This document shows, piece after piece, positions 31,348-42,885 of a stretch of 64,000 bases of DNA. The position numbers and the translations under genes are program-made. The stretch spans positions 32,881 to 96,880 of the forward strand of contig CAVPXM010000054.1 in NCBI GenBank assembly GCA_963709405.1. Reading direction: 5' to 3'. This stretch comes from an uncultured Nitrososphaerales archaeon. GTDB lineage: Archaea > Thermoproteota > Nitrososphaeria > Nitrososphaerales > Nitrososphaeraceae. The notes under the pieces were generated by a model that made no database searches, was not told where the DNA came from, and saw only the letters and a list, made by a program, of their open reading frames with translations. How positions within the stretch are numbered: position 1 is the first letter of the stretch; each line of letters starts with the position of its first letter.

Positions 31348-31611
31348 TTTTTCTGTTATTTTTTGACAAGTAATCTGGAAGCTGAAATAACTAGAATGCG
31401 ATACTCTATGATACGCCAGTTGACTAATGCTATTATTCTATATACGACTTTAAATTCAGTTTTCGTGTATTTATGCATTAACGGAAGGCGGAAGGCATAA
31501 TTCAAACTCATTCATACTCCGGATATTGACTAAACAAATGTCAGATCCTAAGACAGATGACGAAAATCAAGCAGAATAATAGATGCTTGCTCAATGAAGG
31601 ATTCGTGTAGA

Positions 31612-31720
31612 TGCTTTATTGCACGAATCTGATACTAGTCAACTAACTTTGAAAAAATTCAGTCAAAAGATAGCAATCCTTATCTGGCCCATTCCTGATA
31701 GGTGTTAAAAGCGTTACGAG
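31612..31720 (+). repeat. Dispersed non-coding repeat; uninterrupted homolog of the IS110 target locus
   Basis: Aligns by eye in inverted orientation with 27925-28025 joined to 29387-29394. Confidence 0.8.
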
Positions 31721-32011
31721 ACTTAGAAATATTGCAAGTCATGTACTCTACAGTCTGATCATGTCAGTCGAATATTTCATATTGGTTATGGTTTATATGT
31801 TTACTTCAGAATTTATGAATAGATTAGATATGCAACAGAATGGGACTACTGATGATGATAATAATAATGATTTAACAATGAAGATAATAATATTAAGAAA
31901 AAAGGAAAATTGAAAACCATAGTATTGTTGCCAAACGTTAATGATTATGATACTGGTGAAGATAACTTGACATGAATGCTTATGAGCAAACACCTATTGT
32001 TAAAAATACAA

Positions 32012-32161
32012 ATGTCCACTGATAATAACTTAGATTTTTGTATTAAATGTAAAACTAAGATTGCACACATATTTCACGATAGTGGGGATTATTGTTTAGA
32101 ATGTTGGCAGTATTTCACTCATCCTGACATTAGATCGTATGCAATGGAAGTCGACGGGTAA
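32012..32161 (+). CDS. Zinc-finger microprotein
   Basis: CIKC..GDYCLECWQ..HP; start at 32012 inferred. Confidence 0.6.
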   Translation: MSTDNNLDFCIKCKTKIAHIFHDSGDYCLECWQYFTHPDIRSYAMEVDG

Positions 32162-32436
32162 GATGAGTTTCCTTTAACCATCAATTCTAAATTGATCGCA
32201 GTGCATAGAGATTGAAACATGTCAGAAACCAGATAAATAATTGATTTAATGGCTTCAACGCAACATTAAGGTTGAAAATGTGCAGTTTGCATCATAAGCA
32301 AAATCGTTTGAACTGTACTCAAAAGATCTTTTTTTATGATAGTCGGAAATTCTAAAGATCTCGCCCTGACAGATATTTGAATAGGTTCTACCTTTGAAAA
32401 AAGCCATACCAGTATCTTTTTCCACGAGAAAGGACA

Positions 32437-32886
32437 CTAACGCAAATTTGTATACTGTTTTAGCTTGGGAAGGGATCTGTTTATATTTTTTTGCACATCT
32501 TCTAATAGATCTTTTAAAACTTTTTCATCCAGTGTCATACCTCTGCGACTCTCTAATTCACTATTATAATACTTCATCCAAGAATACGTACGTTGAAGAT
32601 TTTGAAATAATTCAAAGGGGAGCAATGTCTGCTTACCTGTAAGGATGACCGCATCCCACATATCTGTGATGAAGGGTTTAAAGTCATTATACTGATATGT
32701 CTCTTTAATAAAATCAAGCCTTTTTTGCAAATCATCTGCGATGAAAAGAAGGATCCTTTTTTTGGTCTCCTTTTCTTCCTTTAATTGAGACCTATTATGA
32801 GCCCATTGTTCTAGGTAAATCGATCCAACGATTATTGCGGCTAACAATGTATTTTCAAATAAAACTTGGTCCCATTCTATTACCAA
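32437..32886 (-). CDS. Hypothetical protein with N-terminal membrane anchor
   Basis: 149-aa ORF, hydrophobic LLAAIIVGSIYL then helical domain. Confidence 0.7.
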   Translation of the reverse strand: MVIEWDQVLFENTLLAAIIVGSIYLEQWAHNRSQLKEEKETKKRILLFIADDLQKRLDFIKETYQYNDFKPFITDMWDAVILTGKQTLLPFELFQNLQRTYSWMKYYNSELESRRGMTLDEKVLKDLLEDVQKNINRSLPKLKQYTNLR

Positions 32887-33238
32887 AGTTCATACTACAA
32901 TCTCTTTTTGTCAATGTGCTATTTATGTGCCGTGGACTAATTTCTAAAATTTTCGACTTTCTATTATTCAAAGCAGATGAATATTTGATACCTATTGAAT
33001 ATTCAAAGTATCAAATAATAACATATAGTTATATGCTTGATACAAATTATTCAGTGTTTTCAATGATGATGTTATTATTTCAATAACAATCAACCATAAT
33101 GATGGACAAACTTAGGAACTAAAATCTACATTCCATTATCCTAATTTGCTTCGATGAGTGTACCTAACAAATATAGTTCCATGATATTGACTTATTCTTT
33201 TTTGTTCCTGTTGATCGATATTACATCAATCGTCTGTA

Positions 33239-33970
33239 CATAAGAACATAAATGGGACTGAAGAGAAAGATTATGTTTCACATCATGCACCTTTCATGTA
33301 TTATGGCTTAACATCTAATCCTCATCACTTGCCTCCTACTACAGTTGCGATGATTGGGAATACTGATCAAGCAAATCACCAGTATGATTTGACTGATTTC
33401 TGGAAAGCAGCTGAAAACGGATATTTACCTGAAGTAAGCTTCGTAAAAGCACCCAAGTATCAAAATGGACATGCAGGGTACTCTGACCCAATAGACGAAG
33501 AACATTTTCTTGTCTCAACAATCAATCGTATTGAACAGATTCCAGAATGGAATGATACAGCAATCATCATCTCATATGATGATTCTGACGGATGGTATGA
33601 TCATGTAATGCCACACATAATTAGTCAATCTAACGATCCCAAATATAATAAACTTCTAGGATCTGACCTGTGTGGACATGTGTCTCCAGGGGTATATCGA
33701 GATCGATGTGGATATGGTCCTCGCCTGCCGTTATTAGTAATCTCCACATATTCAAAGACAAACTTTGTAGATCATTCCATTACTGACCAGACATCTATCA
33801 TACGCTTTATCGAAGATAACTGGGGATTAGGAAGACTAGGAAATCAATCGTTTGATGCAAAGGCTGGAAAAATAGATAATATGTTTGATTTCAGTAATGG
33901 CGCTCATCATGCAGGGAGATTGTCCCTGGATCCTGGCATGGGGACACAAAAGCCGATCGCAACTGGATGA
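33239..33970 (+). pseudogene. Phosphoesterase (phospholipase C/acid phosphatase AcpA type), 5'-truncated
   Basis: DYVSHHAPFMYY, LPEVSFVK, GHAGYSDP, YDDSDGWYDHV, RCGYGPRLP, DQTSIIRFIEDNW; N-terminal half absent. Confidence 0.85.
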
Positions 33971-34119
33971 CATAAGCGACCTACCTTTCTACCCATGTTT
34001 TATTCTATTCAGCAAGGTTGGAAGGCCAGATTTAGTGTACTGAAATTTTTTGATTAGTTGTTTCTATATACGTACAACTACGATTATTAGTAATTGGTCC
34101 GTTATAATATATCTGAGAC

Positions 34120-34644
34120 TTGGCAAGTACAGATCTACCTATAGAGTCGTTGGACGCGATAAACGTATTGATTGAAATTCCTAAAGATAGTGTTATCAAA
34201 TATGAAATGGATACTGAAACTGGAGTAATTGTTGTAGATAGAGTACTAACAGTGAAGATGAACTATCCAAGTAATTATGGATATATTCTCGATACTAGAG
34301 AACAAGATGGTGATCGTATGGATGCATTTGTGCTAGGCGACTACCCATTAATCCCAACATCAATTATAAAGTCACGTCCGGTGGGAGTAGTACTAACTCA
34401 AGATCAGGATGGTATCGATTCAAAAATTATTGCAGTGCCTGCGACAAGTGTGGATCCTAGTTTCTCAAATATAGATGATATAGATGATATCCCAAACTAT
34501 ATGCTTAGTAAACTTCAACATTTCATCGAACACCACAAGGATTTGGAAAAGGACAAATATGTAAAGATATTAGGATGGAAAGGCAAGGAAGCAGCAAAGA
34601 ATCTTATCCTTGAGGCAGCTGAAAGATTTAATCTACAACCATGA
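34120..34644 (+). CDS. ppa: Family I inorganic pyrophosphatase
   Basis: IEIPKDS.IKYE, DRVL, YPSNYGYI, DGDRMD (canonical DGDPLD), DQDG.DSKII, HFIEHHKDLE (canonical HFF..YK.LE). Confidence 0.9.
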   Translation: MASTDLPIESLDAINVLIEIPKDSVIKYEMDTETGVIVVDRVLTVKMNYPSNYGYILDTREQDGDRMDAFVLGDYPLIPTSIIKSRPVGVVLTQDQDGIDSKIIAVPATSVDPSFSNIDDIDDIPNYMLSKLQHFIEHHKDLEKDKYVKILGWKGKEAAKNLILEAAERFNLQP

Positions 34645-34672
34645 ATTCTAGGCTAAATCAGAACTACACGTT

Positions 34673-35077
34673 CTAAATGCTTCGCGACACTCCTAAAATA
34701 CGATTTTGTGGATGTCTACATTTACAAATATGAGATTCCGCACCATGGATTGAAAAATTGTGATGGCATCTGAGATAATTGCAAATTGGTTCTGATGCTT
34801 TCCCAAATACGTCAACTATTTCTACTTTTTCATAGCGATTCTTATATCCTAATCGATTTGTTTCAGGTGTCGCATCATGTCGGAAATGGTAAGTTATTGG
34901 AGATAAACCTCTAATTGTCAAAAACTTCTCTAGCAATTTTCTTTCCGATTGCTCTTTCTTATAATGGCAAGTCCAACAATAGCCGCATCTGATGCAAGCA
35001 AATTGGGTTCTACATTTACAGTGTTCACATTCTGTATACGTAAACGTCAAGTTAGTTCTATAATAGCTAAGGCACAT
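34673..35077 (-). CDS. Hypothetical Cys/His-rich protein
   Basis: CEHC, CIRCGYCWTCH, C..CHH..H..CKCRHPQN. Confidence 0.65.
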   Translation of the reverse strand: MCLSYYRTNLTFTYTECEHCKCRTQFACIRCGYCWTCHYKKEQSERKLLEKFLTIRGLSPITYHFRHDATPETNRLGYKNRYEKVEIVDVFGKASEPICNYLRCHHNFSIHGAESHICKCRHPQNRILGVSRSI

Positions 35078-35205
35078 GTTGATAGTTGTTGAAGGTCACC
35101 AGTAAGTACTTCAATTAATTCTTCTAATCCGGGGTTATGTCCGACCACCAGTAATGTAGAATAATTATTGTCGCCTGCTACATCATTAATAGCTTGTATA
35201 TATCG
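35078..35205 (-). pseudogene. SixA-like histidine phosphatase remnant
   Basis: YIQAINDVAGDNNYSTLLVVGHNPGLEELIEVLTG. Confidence 0.65.
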
Positions 35206-35553
35206 TCTAAGACGAAAAGCGACTGAATCTTAGCATATTGAGCTCCATCTCATATAGCCCATGGTTCCCACATTGCATCTACCTTTTGTATCGATGCTGC
35301 AGTATTTTCTAACCATTCTCCAATAATCAGATATTGCATTAACTATGACTACCTAGTTCATTAGCATTTATAGTTAATTGCCGACTCTGATGATAAGTCA
35401 AATTGTATTACTACAGTAATAGTTTTGTTGTAAGATGCTATTGTATTGCTTGTGTTACAATTTCTACCATTTTCATAAATAATTCTATCTTCTATACATA
35501 AAGCATAAGCAAACCATTCTCATTTGACTTGATACCTTTCGACAAGATATAGG

Positions 35554-35593
<40 letters not shown>

Positions 35594-35850
35594 GTCCTCT
35601 TCATTATAACCCACAGAGAGGATATGTTGATGACATTAATCGATATTGCAAATTTTTGGTTGGTGTGTAGTTTTATAGACTAGAATAACTTTAGTGAGAC
35701 AGAATGATTATGATCTATCTAGATATCTTGCTCAAATGTTCTGTTCTGGGCTCCATGAGGATTAGGTCAACAATACTTAGATAAACAATAACAGAAAGTA
35801 TTGTTAAATCCTTATAGCTGAAGAGATATGCTATTCAGGAGTCGTTATCG

Positions 35851-36315
35851 TTGTATCCTGCTATTGAGGGTTTGATTGGGGGCATAATGTCAACAGCAGC
35901 TATGACATTGAGTGAGATACCATCATGGAAGAAGTGGGGTCTTCACGGTGTCTTTGAATGGCACGAAAATCAAATTATAACAACACGTTTGCTTCATTTA
36001 TCGGATGCAAAAAGAAAGAAGAATCATTTCAAAGGAGTCTTCTTCTTTCATTTCCTCAATGGTTCTTTAGCAGGAATAGTCTTCCCATATATCGTTTCAT
36101 TCCTTATACATTCTACCAACATTCTCTCGTTTTCATTACTTGGATTAGTATATGGAGTCGTACTGTGGATTCTTACTCTTGTGCCTATACATAGACCAAT
36201 AACAGGATTTTCACCTTGGAATCATCCTTTAGGCCATCTGCCAGCCCTAGCAAGCCTAAGTGGTCATATAGTGTATGGTATTGTCCTCGGCCTTGTAGTT
36301 GCACTGATAAAATAG
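35851..36315 (+). CDS. Hypothetical integral membrane protein
   Basis: About four hydrophobic segments with intramembrane His (FHFLNG, GHIVYG). Confidence 0.75.
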   Translation: MYPAIEGLIGGIMSTAAMTLSEIPSWKKWGLHGVFEWHENQIITTRLLHLSDAKRKKNHFKGVFFFHFLNGSLAGIVFPYIVSFLIHSTNILSFSLLGLVYGVVLWILTLVPIHRPITGFSPWNHPLGHLPALASLSGHIVYGIVLGLVVALIK

Positions 36316-36472
36316 TCTTCTTTAGTTCAATAAGATGACCTAAAGAATTAATCTAAACTTACTAGAGGAATAGAAAACAGTTAATTCCAAAACAACTGGT
36401 GCATCAGATCATTAGATGTAGATCTAGTCTTAAAATGCATTCGAAAAATAAAAGAGGCAAAACAAATGGAAA

Positions 36473-36673
36473 CTAGCGTAACATTATGGCTATCTGGCTG
36501 CTTAGTTTCTTTCTTTGCACCTGTTGTCTTACCATTAAAGAAGCTATCATTGCAGCTCCTCCTAATATTACAGTTGCAACTCCAAATACTGGTTATCCGT
36601 TCAATGCCCCTAACCCTAATGCTCCAAATGTCGCAGTTACAAGTCCACAGGTTATTCTTCTTGTTGTATTCAT
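36473..36673 (-). pseudogene. Small membrane protein with internal stop
   Basis: MNTTRRITCGLVTATFGALGLGALNG*PVFGVATVILGGAAMIASLMVRQQ. Confidence 0.45.
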
Positions 36674-37149
36674 AGTTAAAAAAGGTAAAATCAAATATAA
36701 ACTAATGCTAACAATCAGTTACATGTCAGCTTTTAATTCAAAATCACAAAAAGAGATCGTTTTCATTAGGAAAAGAAATGACCAAATTTGCTTAATTCAT
36801 TTAGTATTAAGGCACTAAGATCCTATCATATTACTCCTTGACAAGGATATTAAAGATAGCAAGAGATGTAATAGAGATAGTTAGGCACAGAATAACATTA
36901 AAGAGGTTTTTTACAATGCCAATGAACAAGAGCATGTCAAATTAAGAAATGAGTTAGAAAAACAAAAAAACTAATTTTTGCTTATACAATGTTGCACTAC
37001 GATGATACAATAAATGACGTGAGTCTAAATATCTACAACATAGAAGCTGAGATAACAACACCACTGATGAGACTATGTGTTGTTTGTCAGAAGCCAAACC
37101 CTGGATCGATCGCAACTTTGCCCATTATTCTATGTAGGGCATCATTATA

Positions 37150-37744
37150 TCAAATATCCACTTGAATTCGTAGCAGGCCTTTTAAAACTCCCAAGCATCC
37201 ATTCGCAAGATTCTGATTCGTAGTAAAGAATCCTCTGTATCTTCCAGCTTCAAATTCTTCGGCAATTAAGGCGCAACCTTCGTCTTGAGCAAGTACGATA
37301 ATCACCCAATTCTTTTCCAACCCAGAACCGGTGCTATCAATAATCTCAGTATTGGGCATCCTAATCTCAGTCCGCCAGTTCTCTTCTTCCTATCAAATAC
37401 AACTTCTTTGTAAGCGGCGCGATCGCAATATATTGTTCCCTGACACTATTGAAATTGCTGACCGTTTGAAACAACGATAACAATACAAATTTGTTAAATG
37501 GTGGTTTTATTCTCACGATGTTCTCTATCCCTTTGCTAAGTAAAAGCATGTTCTGTCTAGATGTAGTATAGAAACATTCACGCCAACTTTCAGGGGCGAT
37601 GAAATAGTTGTTTGGATAATTCACAGTATTATTGTAATCGGCTTCAATCTGGTCAGATGGAAGCTTCTTTCCCCTAAAGTCTAATATTAATTGTGTAAAT
37701 GGATTGGAGGGTGTTGATCGGTTTGAAGCATCGGTGTTTGACAT
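37150..37744 (-). pseudogene. DICT-like sensory domain protein, split by frameshift
   Basis: SRQNMLLLSKGIE..SLFQTVSNF..QY / LEKNWVIIV..ALIAEE..YRGFFT. Confidence 0.6.
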
Positions 37745-38105
37745 TTGGGAAGTACAATACTATTATCGTCGCCTTCTGGTATAAGAGATTTTCTCAAAAT
37801 CGCCTTCTTGAGATAGGGATGTACGGCAAGCCTATGATTAGCAGGCTGCATTGAATACTAAGCAAACAGGCTTTCTACAAAAACAACGCGATCCTGTAGG
37901 TCACACCGAAAGAAACTCACAGATTTCCTGGTTGATGAAATAAGTAACGAGTATTGCCAATAAGTAAGGATGTTGACAATATAGTGATATGGCAAGTTTG
38001 CGTTCTAACGAACTAACTACGTAATTCCTAATATTACAGCATCAGCACAAGTATACAATAACAATGAGTTCAAATTCAAGTGTGCTATAATACAAATGGA
38101 ATATT

Positions 38106-38543
38106 GTGATTAATAAGAATATGATTCAATGTTTGATAGATAGTGATATACCCATACGATTGGCTTGTCTCTCTACTTCAGATTGGCCTGTGGTTGTCTC
38201 ATTATGGTATATATACAGTGGTGAGAAATTCTATTGTGCTACACAAAACACAGCAAAGATCGTAAAATATCTAAGATGTTCTCCAAAATGTGGCTTTGAG
38301 ATTGCAGGAGATCGTTTTCCCTATCGTGGTATTAGAGGATATGGTAAGGCATCAATACTAAAGGATAAAGGTGAAGTTATCCTTCGCCTGTTAGTGCAAA
38401 AATACTTCAAGGGAAAAGAAACTTCAAGATTATATAAATTATTGTTGTCAGAAAAACATCTGCAAGACGAAGTTGCAATTGAAGTCGCACCAGTCAGTAT
38501 GTTTGAATGGGATTATAAGAAGAGAATGAGTGATTCGGTATAA
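38106..38543 (+). CDS. Pyridoxamine 5'-phosphate oxidase-like (split beta-barrel) protein
   Basis: IPIRLAC..WPVVVSLWY..FYCAT..PKCGFEIA..PYRGIRG.G..WDY. Confidence 0.85.
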   Translation: MINKNMIQCLIDSDIPIRLACLSTSDWPVVVSLWYIYSGEKFYCATQNTAKIVKYLRCSPKCGFEIAGDRFPYRGIRGYGKASILKDKGEVILRLLVQKYFKGKETSRLYKLLLSEKHLQDEVAIEVAPVSMFEWDYKKRMSDSV

Positions 38544-38786
38544 TTATGACTGTGTCAATAGTAAGCCTTTAATTTTAAAATACCAAGGGGCAGAAACAAA
38601 ATTCAGAAAAGTAGAAAAAAAGGACAGATGAGCGAAATGCTCCCAGATTATGGGGCGAAGATAAATCCTGTGACATTCATTGTGGATGAGGTCATAATCT
38701 GATTAGATTAGTAAATAAGTATCCTTGTATATCTATAATATACATGCACATTAATAACATCAATATCTATTCAAGACCAATCATTT

Positions 38787-39050
38787 ATGACAATCACTAA
38801 GCAGATCAAGCTAACTAAGAAACAGAACGAAATCTTAACAATGGTATATGATTTGTATGAAATCGAAGTTGTAGACTATATTAAAGAGGCATTAATTGAA
38901 TCACTAAAAGATGAGATAATGGATGGTGATTTCTGTGGACTTCTTGCTTCTAAACTTGATGACGGCAAAAAGGCAGACCAAAGCAAGGCAGGAGTTAAGG
39001 CTGTTTCAGATCAAGTTAATGGAATTGGTAATTATCCGTTTGTGGAATAA
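38787..39050 (+). CDS. Hypothetical protein
   Basis: 87-aa ORF with TATA-like box upstream. Confidence 0.5.
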   Translation: MTITKQIKLTKKQNEILTMVYDLYEIEVVDYIKEALIESLKDEIMDGDFCGLLASKLDDGKKADQSKAGVKAVSDQVNGIGNYPFVE

Positions 39051-39844
39051 CTTGTAATGAAGTAACTAAAGCTGCGGCGTCGGTCTGACATGAAACAACA
39101 GAAAATAATTTCTTATTTGAAATATGTAACCCTTTAGGAAATAATTTTCTTTTGAACTTGTGCTTTTAAAACTGGCTCGCTGTATACCAATCTCTGCAAA
39201 TCAATCTCAGACAGACTCTTCTTGATATTCATAAATGATTCTGGGCCAGCGGTAAGAGTTTGGAGACGGCTATTGTATGACTGCATTAATGATGACAAGG
39301 CATTAGTTTTCTCTCTAGTAGTGGTATCATTATCTTGGACAATTTCCCACAATTGCCTAGTTATTTCATTAGAACCCGTCATGTCGAAGGCGGTCTCAAG
39401 AAGGATTCAGAGAAAGCACAGATATTTGGTAAAATAGAACCTTATCTAACATTCTTAAATGTCCATCAATTAGAAAGATAGGATGCAGATATACAAAGCA
39501 CGGTAGAAGAACTAGAACAACGGAACCAATTAATGAGAGATCGTGATAAAATATGATTATGGCCTCCATGAATATAACAAGTGTAATGCATAACATTCTT
39601 TATCCAAATCTATGTTTTGATATATGTCATCATACTTGCAATATCACATTGGCAGTTCTGGATGGGATAGTAATTACTCACTTTGCGTGCAGTATTAACA
39701 GGTTTACATCTATTTAACAGACCATTTTTTTTTGAAACTATTTTTATCATATGTTAATTCTAACCAGGAATGAATTGTCAAATGCCTAGTATTCTGATCA
39801 GTAGGCTTATATCAATCAATCGACCTATCGCAAGTTATTGAACC

Positions 39845-40021
39845 ATGGCTACTAAAGATGAATATGATGAGAGATATGGGTGGTGGAGAAATGAGTTAGC
39901 CTCGCTGGGATTAGTAATAAAGAAAAGAAATGAGTTTAATAATCTCAAAGAGCTTTGTAGCCTAGCAGAAAATATAAAGCAGACATTTATTCACAATTAC
40001 GTAGATTCAGAGAAGACGTAG
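39845..40021 (+). CDS. Small hypothetical protein (58 aa, below ORF-track cutoff)
   Basis: MATKDEYDERYGWWRNELASLGLVIKKRNEFNNLKELCSLAENIKQTFIHNYVDSEKT; CTTATAT box upstream. Confidence 0.4.
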   Translation: MATKDEYDERYGWWRNELASLGLVIKKRNEFNNLKELCSLAENIKQTFIHNYVDSEKT

Positions 40022-40330
40022 ACCCAAGCTAATATCAACTCGCAAAGGAGTATCAAAACAAACAGTGACATTGATTATTGTTGAAGCCACCAAACAGCAA
40101 CCTTGAGCTATAGCTATTCTAAGACTATCTACAAAATTAAAACCTACATTTTTCCAAAGAAGAGGCATCATATCAACTTCACGCTGATTCATGTCCTTTC
40201 CTTCGTGATATCCTCCTCTCAATCAGAACAACTTTCTTTCCTGCTTCCACAAGCTCTTTAGCCAAGCCCTGCACCGGCTGCTCCAGATCCTATAACGTAA
40301 ATATCTGGATTCTCCACAATATCATTTTTG
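40007..40330 (-). pseudogene. GMC oxidoreductase N-terminal remnant
   Basis: DIYVIGSGAAGA/AKELVEAGKKVVLIERGG..AQGCCLVASTIIN. Confidence 0.7.
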
Positions 40331-40531
40331 ACATTGATTAATTCATTTCAGCTAACAAAATCTAAGTAACCTATTTGGCCAGAGATTGATTAATCTCTCT
40401 TAATCAATTTCTGCTCCTCTAGTATTAATGCTATAAGGGTGATTCCATGATAAATAACCAATATTTCGACTAGATTGTCTCAGCATAGTCTTTGTAAACC
40501 CCCAATATCGTATTTGAACTAAAGAATCAAC

Positions 40532-40741
40532 TCAACTAGAATTTTTCTTGATATCTTCTATAGCGTTTAATCCATGTGCCTTAACTTGACTGTCTGTGAT
40601 AGATGAATTAACGACTTCAGTTATAGCGTTTATTGCTTGTTTTCCATATTCCTTAAGTGCATCTATCGCTCCTGCCTGAACTATTGGCTCAGTAGATGAA
40701 TTTGCCGTATCCTTTATTCTTTGTATTTGATCTTCATACAA
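40532..40741 (-). CDS. Small HEAT-repeat-like protein
   Basis: VQAGAIDALKEYGKQAINAITEV..VKAHGLNAI. Confidence 0.55.
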   Translation of the reverse strand: MYEDQIQRIKDTANSSTEPIVQAGAIDALKEYGKQAINAITEVVNSSITDSQVKAHGLNAIEDIKKNSS

Positions 40742-41238
40742 TTCCTTTTTAAACTCCGTCTACTAATCTATACAATATTAAGTAATTTTTATACTATTTT
40801 AACATTGTAGTTAACACATGGACTTATCTTGCAAGCAAGTGATATGAGTGAGGTTATTTATTTACAGGACTTTAACAAATCTCTCTGATTCATGTTGTAT
40901 TCTAAAATAATTGTGATAATCTTCTTTGTTAGATATTTAGATATGGGTCGAACAATATCGTCATTCCGATTAGCATCATCAGTAGAGGAACAAAAGGAAT
41001 CGAAAGAATTTCGAAATTGCCTGGGTAAATCGGATAGAAGATTCTTTGAGCTAATGTTTACTACCTATCACCTCTAGAATTCGATTTGTATGTATGCCGC
41101 CAATCCTATAAGAATACAGTCAATATTCATGGCGATTCTCTTCCACCATAAAATACTAAGAAAGATAACTGAAAAAGTATAACGCTTAGGAAATTCCCAA
41201 AATGGACATAAATAAACCCTGAATATCTATAAGGTAGA

Positions 41239-41529
41239 TTGCAAACGAAAGCATTTTTGTTTGGAACTATATTGACAACCGCCGAGTTTCAGAAAATGAA
41301 GAAATGGGCTAGATCTCTGAAGAGAGCAACAGAGAGACATCGAGATAGACTTACCCTAGCAATGGTAGCAGCAAATAATTATTATGCTGGCTTTGGTCCT
41401 GGAACAGCTAACACTTTTAGAAAAATGTTGGATTTATCAGAAGTAACATGGGATTATTTTGAAGTGCCTAAGACAGGAGAAGCATTGTCTAGCAGTAATA
41501 CGAAGCAAACTACTCTATCAGATTTTTAA
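41239..41529 (+). pseudogene. DUF72-family C-terminal fragment
   Basis: EFQKMKKWA..VAANNYYAGFGPGTANTFRKML. Confidence 0.65.
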
Positions 41530-41601
41530 ATTAGTTAAAATCATAATTACTAAATATAGACTTGTGCAGTAAGAAACTCTTTTTTGTTGGTATGTCGTTG
41601 A

Positions 41602-42080
41602 ATGATTATGAAAATCATTAATGCCACTTCCGAAGTTCCTGGCATGACCAAGGAAGAAGTCGAGAGATTCCTTGAAAGTAAATTAAATTTGCAGCTAGCT
41701 ACGATTGACGAACAAGATGAGCCCAATATACAACCAGTCTGGTTTTACTATAATAGAGATAGAGACAAACTCTTGATAACTACATCTAAATTAGCCAAGA
41801 AAACTCAAAATCTCCGAAATAAACCATCTATTTATTTTTCCATAGATGATGAGAATCCTCCGTATAAAGGTGTCAAAGGTAAAGGCATTGCAACTTTAGT
41901 AGAAGATCCAGATAAAAGAGTTTCACAAGGAGAGATAGAATTAGTATGAAATACCTTGGGATGCTTGATCACCCAATCGCAAAAATGATATCTGAGAGTT
42001 CAAAAAATGGAGATAATGTAGTTATTGAAATTAGCCCGAAGTTCTTTTCTACATGGGACTATGGTAAAATGCAGTTATGA
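41602..42080 (+). pseudogene. Pyridoxamine 5'-phosphate oxidase-like protein, frameshifted near 41935
   Basis: MTKEEVERFLESKLNLQLATID..PVWF..KTQNLRNKP; continues ISMKYLG..EISPKFFSTWDYGKMQL* in another frame. Confidence 0.8.
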
Positions 42081-42630
42081 CTTATACCAAGATATAATCC
42101 ATTAGATACCTAGTTGATACAGATAGCATTAGTTTACTAAAGAGTTGATTGCTCATTTTGGTGAATGTCTTAATCCTGCGTTTGTTAAAATATTGACTCA
42201 AATCTAGTAAATAGCTATATTGTTTACAATAGCCTGCCATCGTTATTGTTCTGCTGTATCCAGACGTTACCACAATTAAAACATATTAATCGTGTATGAT
42301 TTGGTTTGACCGATGTATCATGAACTGAATGGAATACGTTATTGCTACTGCATTTGCTACAGTGTATCAAAAACACATTTACTCAACATTTACTTAATTG
42401 TCTCGTTAACGAACAAAATACCATCCCCCAGCAATATATATTGCAATTTTTCACCTTGAGCTTGGAGGAGACTACGGAGAATGGTGCTATTAACTTAAGA
42501 AACCTCGTAGGAAATATTGCGCTAGTCCAAACACGAAATCGCTAGCGATATCTACCAACTATCCAATAAAGTTAACAGGGCCTAGAGAATTGAATAAAGT
42601 CTTAAATGTAGTTAAGAGACCTCTTTAATA

Positions 42631-42885
42631 ATGTTCAAGAACCAAGAGAATCGTAAATATTTGACAATGTCCCTGCTTGCAATAATAGCAGTGATGGTAG
42701 GAACATTGGCAATAGGTCAGATTCTACAGACAGCAATGGCGTAGACTACTGCCGGCCAGATAGGTCAAAAGGTTGGACAAGCGGCTGAGAAAATAGCAGG
42801 ACAAGTCATGAGTGGCAATAAAACAGGTAACCAGACGGCTAACCAAACAGTTGGTGGAGGACTCAAAAGTAAGGTAGGCGGTTAG
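42631..42885 (+). pseudogene. Small secreted protein with TAG right after the signal peptide
   Basis: MFKNQENRKYLTMSLLAIIAVMVGTLAIGQILQTAMA*TTAGQIGQKVG..GNKTGNQTANQT. Confidence 0.55.
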
